Below are positions 1 through 9,100 of a DNA stretch of 40,333 nucleotides, piece after piece. Both the position numbers and the translations under genes were made by a program. The notes beneath the pieces were generated by a model. The model searched no databases. It was given only the letters and a program-made list of their open reading frames with translations, and had not been told where the DNA came from. The stretch lies in the IMG/VR virus record IMGVR_UViG_3300005512_000096, positions 1 to 40,333 of that record, one strand, 5' to 3'. This DNA is from a virus (Duplodnaviria; Caudoviricetes). Position 1 is the stretch's first letter; each line of letters begins with the position of its first letter.

Positions 1-165
1 TGGGCTAATGGTATGACCCGTGAACAGAAGCGCATCGAAATCCTCTTAAATAAAACAAGAGAAGACTATGCAACTCGCATGGAACTACGTGACGATATGC
101 GGCAGGTTATGGATGCCTTGCATCGTGTCGAGGATAAGTTGGACAAAGTATTGAGTAGGGATTAA
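1..165 (+). CDS. 5'-truncated small coiled-coil phage protein
   Basis: Frame 1 is open from base 1 to TAA at 163-165 (WANGMTREQKRIEILLNKTREDYATRMELRDDMRQVMDALHRVEDKLDKVLSRD). It abuts the next gene and is not in the ORF track. Confidence 0.7.
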   Translation, partial: WANGMTREQKRIEILLNKTREDYATRMELRDDMRQVMDALHRVEDKLDKVLSRD

Positions 166-169
166 GTGA

Positions 170-2002
170 ATGGCAAGTAAAAAATCACCGCCGCGCAAAA
201 CGGTAATTAAAGGACAAGATCACATTCTTGCCTACATCACGCCTGCCGAAGCTGAGTTGCTAAAGGCACATGGTGGTTCAGGAAAACCGGGTCCAATGGG
301 CATCCCTTCTTTTGAGGGCGACGGCCCTGAAGAACGTAGTTTTTATTATGTTCCTGATCGAATTCCCGGTGGAAGTCAGGATGAACAGGGCGTTAAAAAA
401 GTCTACATAGGTAGTCAACAAGACACTATGGAAAACCGTATGGCAGGTTCTAGTGACCTTGCCGGAAATCAGCTTGCGAATAGAGTACAAGCGGTTGACC
501 AAGACGAATATATGATAGAGTACAACAGAAGACTTGCTGAATTGCGAGGCGGCGGGAATGACACTGAGAATGACACTGGTGATGACACTGGTGATGGCAC
601 GGGGGATGACGCTGGTGATGGCACGGGGGGTGACGCTGGTGATGGCACGGGGGGTGACGCTGGTGATGGCACGGGGGGTGACGCTGGCAAAAAACTATCA
701 AAAGAAATTTTAGAACGTCAGGTGGCTCAGTCAACGCAATCTGAGTTAGAAGCCCAACAAAAAATTGTACCCGAACTTCTTACGGAACAAACAGATGAAA
801 TACTAACAGATAACAACGTAAAAATGTCGACAATTGCTGCTCCTGTACCGTCTGGCTTGAGTTCTGCAATGTACAATCAGACTGCTCCTACTGCACAAGC
901 TGCAAATCAGTATCAGGCCGCTCAAGTCACACAGCCAGCAAATATGCAAGCAGCGCAGGGAACAGTAAATCCCCAAGCACTTGTTAACGCAGCACAGGGG
1001 ACACTTTCACCGGGAGCACTTGCAACCGCACAGACTGCAACAATGGACCCAAGAGCAACTACTCAGTACCAAATGGGTCAATTGATGAGTTCGATTCAGG
1101 CAGGTCAGCCTCTTCCTGCATGGGCTTCCCCACAGGTTCGCAAAGTCAGTGCTATCATGCAGCAGCGTGGTCTAGGTTCGAGTTCGATGGCAGCAGCCGC
1201 AATGGTACAAGCCGTAACCGAATCCGGCATAGAGATTGCCAAGCAAGATGCCGACAAGTACGCTACTTTACAACTTGCAAATTTAAGCAACCAACAACAG
1301 GCAGAACTACAAAACGCCGTTGCTCTTGCCAACATGGATATGGCAAACTTAAACAATCGGCAGACTGCTGCAGTACAAAACGCAAAGACGTTTCTTGCAA
1401 TCGACACACAAAATCTAACAAATCAACAGGCTGCTGCAACAATCAACTACCAGTCTAAAGTTCAGATGAAGCTTTCTGATATGGCTGCAGAAAATGCGGC
1501 ACGTCAGTTCAACGCCAAGTCGAGCAACGAAGTAGACATGTTCTTTGCTGAGTTGGGATCACAGATTGAATCTGCTAACAAAAATCGCGCAGCATCAATT
1601 GATCAATTCAATGTAAACCAAACCAGCGCAATGGAACAATTCAATGCGTCTATGGAAGCGTCTCGTCAACAATTCAACGCAAATATGCAATCGACGATTG
1701 ATCAGAGCAACGTGGCGTGGCGCAGACAAATTAACACTGCAAATACTGCTACACAAAACGCAGCAAACCAGCAGAATGTGCAAACTCTACTCTCCCTAAA
1801 TCAGAACTCTTTAAATAATCTTTGGCAGATGTATCGGGATCAAGCCTCGTGGGCTATGCAGGCATCAGAGAACGACAGAGCACGGGCACACAATGCGGCT
1901 ATGCAAGCTGCGTCTATAGATGCTAATTCAGCAATGTACCAAGATCAGTTCGAAGACTTCTTAATTACAAGAACAATAGATTCAATCTTTGATGCACTAT
2001 AG
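170..2002 (+). CDS. Putative internal virion/ejection protein, Q/N/A-rich (610 aa)
   Basis: Long ORF with a Q/N/A-rich helical C-terminal half (repeated QFNA/QFNV), located in the late operon. Function inferred from composition and position. Confidence 0.7.
   Translation: MASKKSPPRKTVIKGQDHILAYITPAEAELLKAHGGSGKPGPMGIPSFEGDGPEERSFYYVPDRIPGGSQDEQGVKKVYIGSQQDTMENRMAGSSDLAGNQLANRVQAVDQDEYMIEYNRRLAELRGGGNDTENDTGDDTGDGTGDDAGDGTGGDAGDGTGGDAGDGTGGDAGKKLSKEILERQVAQSTQSELEAQQKIVPELLTEQTDEILTDNNVKMSTIAAPVPSGLSSAMYNQTAPTAQAANQYQAAQVTQPANMQAAQGTVNPQALVNAAQGTLSPGALATAQTATMDPRATTQYQMGQLMSSIQAGQPLPAWASPQVRKVSAIMQQRGLGSSSMAAAAMVQAVTESGIEIAKQDADKYATLQLANLSNQQQAELQNAVALANMDMANLNNRQTAAVQNAKTFLAIDTQNLTNQQAAATINYQSKVQMKLSDMAAENAARQFNAKSSNEVDMFFAELGSQIESANKNRAASIDQFNVNQTSAMEQFNASMEASRQQFNANMQSTIDQSNVAWRRQINTANTATQNAANQQNVQTLLSLNQNSLNNLWQMYRDQASWAMQASENDRARAHNAAMQAASIDANSAMYQDQFEDFLITRTIDSIFDAL
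584..688 (+). repeat. 24-bp in-frame tandem repeat, about 4.4 copies, encoding DAGDGTGG
   Basis: GACGCTGGTGATGGCACGGGGGGT is exact at 608, 632 and 656, a variant at 584 and partial at 680. Confidence 0.95.
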
Positions 2003-2024
2003 AAAAAATAGATAGGATACAAAC

Positions 2025-2513
2025 ATGAGTAGTTTTTTGAGTATGGCAACCAACGCAATTGCAAGTAAGCTAATAGGCGGTGCTATATCTACAGGTGCAA
2101 AATATCTATTTAACGAACTTCCTACAGGAGCACAAAGTTTTCTATCGGACATTGGTGATTTTTTTGATATCGACCGCGAAGACGTAGGAAGGGCTGCAGG
2201 AGAACTTGCCTCTGCTGCTATACAAGGTCCGTCCGACATGAAGCAGCAAATGTTTAGACCACAAGGTTTGCGAAGCACCGAAACGTCTTTAGCAGCAGGC
2301 AGAATGGATAGGGCCGGTACTGCTCAGATGATCCCGCTAGGAAGTACCGACCGGGTTTCTCGTGCTATTCAAGATGCTCGTGTGACAGAAAAACTTCTTC
2401 GTATGGCTGGATCGGCTCCTATTCCCGTTCCGAACATTTCTAGACGGCAAACAATAAGCTTGCAGAGTGCCGCTATGCCGCGAACATCTCTGGCTAAAAA
2501 ATTCTCGAAGTAA
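2025..2513 (+). CDS. Hypothetical late/virion protein (162 aa)
   Basis: ORF with AGGA RBS, co-oriented in the late operon. Confidence 0.75.
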   Translation: MSSFLSMATNAIASKLIGGAISTGAKYLFNELPTGAQSFLSDIGDFFDIDREDVGRAAGELASAAIQGPSDMKQQMFRPQGLRSTETSLAAGRMDRAGTAQMIPLGSTDRVSRAIQDARVTEKLLRMAGSAPIPVPNISRRQTISLQSAAMPRTSLAKKFSK

Positions 2514-2524
2514 AGGTACTAGCT

Positions 2525-3097
2525 ATGGCAACACCCTTAGATAAGATTACCCCGTTGGCAGCACCCCCCGGACACTCGTTAACCGACGAACCCGGAAAGT
2601 GGGCTTGGGAAAAGCCACCTAGATTTGCTAATCCAGACGAGGCTTTGGATTCTATCTTGGATAAACTTGAAGAGCCGACACGTCGCAAGGACATTATGCG
2701 GATGATGGTTGCGGGAATTTCTATACAGGAGTTGGTTGCACAGATTGCATTCAAAGGATTTATGAACGGGGCGTACACACCAGATGTAGCTGAACTTATC
2801 AAACCTAGTATCGCTATCTATCTGTATCGCGAAGCCCTCGAAGAAGGTTTCGAGCCACGCTTTATGGTCGATGACAATGAAGAGAACGGCATCAAAGAAG
2901 GTGAAGTCGATGACGTTTCGTTCTTCCGAATTATGAAGCAACGTAATCCTGAATTGTTCGAAGCAATGAATGAACAGATTAATTATGAAGAGCGGATGGA
3001 AGTAGAACGGATGGCTCGTCGTGAAGATGAGCGTATGGAGCCAAAGCCAGAACCGACTCGTAGTGCCCAATCTTTCTTAGCTATGGGAGAAATGTAA
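2525..3097 (+). CDS. Hypothetical late/virion protein (190 aa)
   Basis: AAGG RBS, tight packing, N-terminal PGHSLTDEPGKWAWEKPP motif. Confidence 0.8.
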   Translation: MATPLDKITPLAAPPGHSLTDEPGKWAWEKPPRFANPDEALDSILDKLEEPTRRKDIMRMMVAGISIQELVAQIAFKGFMNGAYTPDVAELIKPSIAIYLYREALEEGFEPRFMVDDNEENGIKEGEVDDVSFFRIMKQRNPELFEAMNEQINYEERMEVERMARREDERMEPKPEPTRSAQSFLAMGEM

Positions 3098-3098
3098 T

Positions 3099-6000
3099 AT
3101 GGCTGATCCACTACTTTTTGCTGCGTACGCTGCTGCTAAATGGCTACAAAAAGGTAGACGTGAAGAGGCTGCTGCTGCTATTGAACGCAAAAAACAACGA
3201 GAGGCGGAAGCAAAGGCACGGGCCGAAACAACCATCACCTACTGGGGTCGCGATAAAACTCAGCCAAATTCGGCTCCTGTTATGATGACTCCCATGCTGC
3301 AAAACCGGGAGAACTACGAACTTGTTTACAAAAGACTTGGCACGGGAGATATTCAAGAAGTAAAGCCGGACGAAAAGACATTTGATTTGTTTCAGCTTCC
3401 TGACGGTACGCGAGGCACAAAAAGCGAGTTGGAAAAGTCTATTGTCAGCAGAGCAGGGCAGTTTGGTACTTGGGAAGACTTGAACGCCAAGCTGATTGGT
3501 AATCGTACATTTACGGGTTCTAAATACAAAGATGAATTCTCTCCTGAGTACTTAGGTCCACAGAAGCTTAAAGATGTGTTTGTTTTTGAAGGGGCTACTG
3601 AAGATGGAACACCTGTTTTCGGTAGAACTGCACAAGAAGCACGTCAAAAAGGTGCCGTTGAGGGATCAATAGGGCAAAAGCCTATTGACCCTAGTACTGC
3701 TAATAGGCTTGGGTTTGTAGACAGCGTACTTTCGACTTCAAAAAAAGAATATGTTCCAGCCGCGCCTGAAGTCGATCTTGGGAATTTAATCGTTGGTCAA
3801 ACAAAGGAAGGTCGTTTTGTATACGGCGAAGACGTTGCAGCGGTACGTGATCAAGGTGCCGTAAAGTTTGGTCAAGCTGATAACGAAGGTCTTACTGTCG
3901 ACGGTAAAATCCAAACAGGCCCGATAAGTTGGTTTACTCCCGACAAGGACCCCAAAGAAGAAACCAAACAATTCGTTTCCGTACGTGAATTAAATGAAAC
4001 TGGTGAGCCGAAAAGCAGCAGACAGATAGAAATTCCTCTGTGGAAATATCAAGAAAATCCAGATAAATATGGATACGTTGCTGCCTTTCAAGTAAATGCT
4101 GACGGTACTCGTTCTTCAATCGACATCGGAGAAAAGTCTGCAGGAAAGTTAAAGGGCACACTTGATGTTGCTAACTCTCCATTTAATATTAGTTATAGGG
4201 ATACGGAAGGAAAAAAACAGCAGTATTATGTAAGTAAAGAATACAAAGCCCCTAATCTACAACTGGCGACATTTCGCAATTGGATGGAACAACTACCTCG
4301 CAAAACCAACGGTACTCCCGATTGGACTGCTGCCGGTGTTGAAGGTGACATGGATCGAATTCGAAACTACGCGGTAAACTTGATTGCAGAAAATACTGCA
4401 GTAAAAGACCCAATAACAGGCGATATGGTCCCATCCTCAACGTTGCTTGCAGATCAATTTCTTTTTTTACGAAATAACTTCCCTGTACTATCTACGATTC
4501 CGGGGTTAGAACAGGCAGTAAAAATTCGTGCTGGATTAGATGAGGCACAAGTCGTTCAGGATCTAGTGCAAAAAAACAGCGTATCAGCAGACGGAGATCC
4601 CCAAGCTGTAATAGTTGCTAAAATACAACGAAACGTTCCTGCAAACGTATTCGATCCTAATGCTTCCTCAGATGCAGCACCTATACCTTCTAAAATTCCT
4701 GTAGCTATTCCGTTTGATCCGAAGTACAAGCAGACTGTCGATTTTGTTATGGCAGAACTAGCACCGAATGGAACAGAAAAAGAAGTAGAAAATGCAAAAG
4801 TTGCACTTAGGACTCTAATTGAGTATGAGTACAACCTAGATGGGACTGTAAAAAAAGGTCCAACGGGACAGGTTATAGTAGCAAAGAATCAGCCAAAAAT
4901 GGACTTTGTGGATTACCTTGTAAAAACAAAAGACACTAGCAACACGCCATTTTTTGCGTCTTTTCAAAACATGCTAAAGTTAGGTTCGGAACGACGGGTT
5001 CAAAATGCAGCCCTCGAATCAGATATCAAAACGGCATTCAATACCGCGTTTGCCGGTGATATAGAAAGCGGCATGGCTGTTATAACGGCGTTTTCTCCAA
5101 AGTTCGGCCCTGCAAGATCGAGACTGTTGTTTAGGCAAATAACAGGTAAAAACGACAGACTTTTTGAAAAAGAACGACTAGGACGTATCCAGCAAGCTGA
5201 TTCAGCAGCCAATGCAATCAACGTGATTGACAAGATGATGGCGACCTACTATACTAGGGATGGGCAGTTTATTGACATCAATACCTCTCTTGGTCAGTTC
5301 TACGTTTCTGCAGACGGTGCCGTGCATCTATTGCAACAAGGCATGGAAAACATTCTTCCGGGACTCGTTTCAATTAACCAGAATCAGGCAGTATCCGCCG
5401 CACAAAACACAATATTTGGAAAAGACAGAAACGGTAAACCATCTTTCTTATCTATTGTAGATAATCAACTACCTGCCGAAGATATGTTAAAGCTTGCCAC
5501 AGAGCGTGGATACAGAACTGTAGATGCTTTCTTAGAAGCTGAACGTGGTGCACGTGAACAAAATATGAACGAGTTCCAAAAGTCAGTTGCTGGCTTGGGT
5601 TCGAACGACGAAAAAGTAAAGAACCTTGCGCTTCGTAACTACTATCGTTTCATGGTTGCCTACACTATGGCATCAGCGATTCAGGGCGGTACTGGTGGTC
5701 GTACGATTTCTGATCAAGACGTGCAGAACATCCTTCGCGCTTTAAAAATGGACAGTGTATTTGGACAAGCCTCAACGGAAGTTGAAATCTTATCTGCAGC
5801 AAAAGAGATGCTCGTTGATATCGAAAAACATTCACGTGCAATTGGTCAAGGTGGCATGAGAGCGTATGCTGCTTTGAAGCTACAGGAACTTTCTATAGGT
5901 AGCGTAGGTGTGGGTACTACAATTGGGGATATATCTGAACGTTTAGAGCAACCCGGTGGTGCATCGACAAGAAAAGACAAAGCGATTGATGCAATGTCTG

Positions 6001-6122
6001 ATGCAGACAAACTCAAAGCAATTAACGACGCTCAAGGAAAGTTTGCGGACACTTACAATACCTTAGAAGAAGCTACGGCAGCGTTAGGCGAAGCCGGAGT
6101 TGCACGAATCTTAGCACAATAG
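3099..6122 (+). CDS. Putative internal virion protein (1007 aa)
   Basis: Long ORF with GGAG RBS. Size and position match podovirus ejection proteins. Confidence 0.7.
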   Translation: MADPLLFAAYAAAKWLQKGRREEAAAAIERKKQREAEAKARAETTITYWGRDKTQPNSAPVMMTPMLQNRENYELVYKRLGTGDIQEVKPDEKTFDLFQLPDGTRGTKSELEKSIVSRAGQFGTWEDLNAKLIGNRTFTGSKYKDEFSPEYLGPQKLKDVFVFEGATEDGTPVFGRTAQEARQKGAVEGSIGQKPIDPSTANRLGFVDSVLSTSKKEYVPAAPEVDLGNLIVGQTKEGRFVYGEDVAAVRDQGAVKFGQADNEGLTVDGKIQTGPISWFTPDKDPKEETKQFVSVRELNETGEPKSSRQIEIPLWKYQENPDKYGYVAAFQVNADGTRSSIDIGEKSAGKLKGTLDVANSPFNISYRDTEGKKQQYYVSKEYKAPNLQLATFRNWMEQLPRKTNGTPDWTAAGVEGDMDRIRNYAVNLIAENTAVKDPITGDMVPSSTLLADQFLFLRNNFPVLSTIPGLEQAVKIRAGLDEAQVVQDLVQKNSVSADGDPQAVIVAKIQRNVPANVFDPNASSDAAPIPSKIPVAIPFDPKYKQTVDFVMAELAPNGTEKEVENAKVALRTLIEYEYNLDGTVKKGPTGQVIVAKNQPKMDFVDYLVKTKDTSNTPFFASFQNMLKLGSERRVQNAALESDIKTAFNTAFAGDIESGMAVITAFSPKFGPARSRLLFRQITGKNDRLFEKERLGRIQQADSAANAINVIDKMMATYYTRDGQFIDINTSLGQFYVSADGAVHLLQQGMENILPGLVSINQNQAVSAAQNTIFGKDRNGKPSFLSIVDNQLPAEDMLKLATERGYRTVDAFLEAERGAREQNMNEFQKSVAGLGSNDEKVKNLALRNYYRFMVAYTMASAIQGGTGGRTISDQDVQNILRALKMDSVFGQASTEVEILSAAKEMLVDIEKHSRAIGQGGMRAYAALKLQELSIGSVGVGTTIGDISERLEQPGGASTRKDKAIDAMSDADKLKAINDAQGKFADTYNTLEEATAALGEAGVARILAQ

Positions 6123-6131
6123 GGAATATCT

Positions 6132-9100
6132 ATGGCTGATACGACACTGAGTCCACTGCAACAGCAGATGCAAAAACTCGACCCTCAACAGCAGAGTCTG
6201 TTAAAATCTATGGGTGCAGGACAGCCGGGATCTCCTACGAGTCTTGCTCCGCCTATGTCTCGCCCAGAGCCTAAAGATCGGTTTCCGGCCTTAGAGAAGG
6301 AAGTCGTGCTAGGGATGGAAGTACCTAAGTTTGACGTGACAACTGCCCCCCTCTCAGGCGACAGTAAGTATATTCCGTCACTAGGGATCGAACTCAAGAC
6401 CGAAGTAACTCCCCGTATTGCCGATCCCCGTAAGATTAGCCCAGAGATCAAGCTTCAGCAAGTCCTGAATTTTGACAACCCCAAAGTTGCAGGTAACTTT
6501 GAAAAGGCTATGGGTGTTCGCAACGCACAAGGCGAAGAGTTGCTATTTCCTCAGACTATGGATTATGCTACCCGCCTAGACGTAGCTAACCGCATGGGAG
6601 CCACCGTCATTATCGATGATGAAGGCGGTGAATTTAACGTTCCGTGGGATAACCTGATATACCAACAGACACGGCTACCTGATCCCAACCAGAAGTTGAC
6701 TTTCCGTCGAGAAACAGGCGAAATCGACACGACAGGTCAGTTTCCTGTTCCAGTGACTGAGTTGCGTGAAGTCTTTGCTAAAGACATGACAGAGGAAGAT
6801 ATTCAAAACTATCGTGAAGCCTCTATGTTATTCTCGTTAAACTTTATTGATCCAGAAGTTGGTAAGCCGCTATTCGCTGATCTCCTAAACAAACGCATGA
6901 TTAAAGCCGGTGTCGAAGATGCTCGTACCCGCGCAGACATAATTAATTATGCTGTTTCGGCTCCCTCAATGGGTGACATGGAGAAAATTGCAAGCGGTAT
7001 AGGCGAGAACGCTATCAAGTTTCCGATTCAGATGGGCTTGTGGGGCGTTGGCGAGTTAATCGACGCAGCAGATAACTTGACTTTGAATTTCGAAGATACA
7101 GATCTAGGGTACTTTGATATTCGCGAAAGTTCTCGTCGGAGAGCCATTATGGATACGTACTTTCAGCCACTTGCTCACACGATGATTGCAACGATGGCAC
7201 AGCGCGGCACAAAGGTATCCCTACCTGTCGTAGAAGAATACATTGCGACCCTAACAGGACTCACTCCCCGCTTGGCTAAGTTAACTGGTGAAATTGTGTT
7301 GCCTAGTAAGGGTGCAGGTGCACTGACTGCTTTCCGTTCTAAAAAAGAACTATTAGATTTTAAAGAGTTTTATGCCAAAGAAATTGAAAGAGGAACTACT
7401 CGTTCTTTTGATGAAATCCGTGACAGCTATCTGCAGATGCGATCAGGTATCGACGATGGTGCGGAACCTTCTTGGTTGCAGAAGATGAAGCAGAACAGCG
7501 TCGGTAGCAAAATCACTAAGGGCTTGCAGATTGAAGATGCTGCTATGTCTGTAGGAAGCCGCGCAGAGGTAGTTCAGCAAACTAAGTATCTAAACAACTT
7601 GCGAAACCGACGTGACGCAATCTACTCTGGTGTTAAGAAGCGTGGCGGAACACCCGACGCTAAAGATACATCTACACTCAATGCACTCGATGCTGACATC
7701 AACAGAGCAGTGTACGATCTTGCGGCTATCGAACGTCTTAGCGGTACACCTAAGTTTATGCGTGACATTGCCACTGCAGTGGTAGAAGTCGCAGTCGGAC
7801 CGATAGGAATCGAACGTAAGAGCGGTACACCCAAGTTTATGCGTGACATTGCTACTGCAGACAGGTTTATGATTGTCGGTGCAGGTACAGCGGGACACTT
7901 CTTCCAGCAGCGTGATGAAACATACGGTGTGACAGGCGACCCGATGATGGGTGAACTCGTCGGTTTAGGTAGTGGCTTGATCATCAACCTCGTTCAAGGT
8001 AACGTACCAGCCGCATTCAAGGCGTTGCAGCGTTCTGCGCTGGGGCAAAAGTTTGGCGGCAAGAAAGCATATCTCAAGTTCCTCACAGAAAACATCACCA
8101 ACTTTTCTCCTGAGATGCAAGCTGGCATCATCGAACGTGCCAAGTATCTCGACGAAGTGTACGACGTGTTGGTTGCTGAAGGCTTAGACCCTCGTCTGCT
8201 CGACACAGGTTTTGCTAACCTCAGTGGCTTGGCAACTCTCAAGTCTCTTGAAGACATTACTCGTAGCCAACTCAGCGTTAAGCAGATCAGAAACTTTAAC
8301 GTAAACGACTTGGAAGCAAACCTCAATCTACAGAAGCAGATGGTTGCGGAACTTCGTGGTGTCTTGCAAAGTATCGAAGGCGGCATCGGTGATACTCCAA
8401 AGGGTGATTTCTTCCGTATCGTCAACGCTGCAATTGAGCGTGGTCAAGAATCTATAGATCAGCTATCTGCAGACATTAGTATGGTGGATAAGCGCGGCGT
8501 ACAATACTATCTAGATTCTATCGACGGTAACAGCATGGCATTTGGTCAGCAAACTGGTCCAGATACAATCCGTAACTTCGAAGACTCTATGAATCGTTTG
8601 CAAAGACAAGAATTGATCAGTGCGGCAGAAAACTTTACTTTTTTACCACGCCCACAGTTTAACCAGATTGCAAACGACACACGCGATAAGGTTTCTGATG
8701 TCGTAGCAAAACACGCTGATGACGTACGCTCGAAGCTATCTACACAAGCGGGTGCCGCTGCAGTTGTAGAAGGTGCAGTCGGACCGAAAGGCGTGGTTGC
8801 GGCAGGACAACGCTCTCAAGCAAGCATCCCTAACTTTGACAATCCGGGAGACTTGATGGCTGCACTACTTGAAAGTGGACATGCAGCGGACAAAGTAAAG
8901 GCACAGCGTCTGTATCTTGCTTTAGATTCTGCTTCAGAGAATGGTTTATTTGTGGACGGGGCAGGAAACAAAATTGCGGGAAATGTGTCGGTTGATGTTA
9001 GTGACGTGTTCGATGCTCTGTTCGCAGAGCGACCTGATCTGCCCGTAGGGAAGCTGCGCGGAGCAGATATGACAGCAGGTCAATCGGCAATCTTGGATCA

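Noticed and set aside
584-688. Possible CRISPR array
   Set aside because: Units are contiguous with no unique spacers and lie in frame within a CDS.
7728-8791. Diversity-generating retroelement TR/VR pair
   Set aside because: Mismatches are not adenine-specific, the repeats are short and no reverse transcriptase is present in the window.
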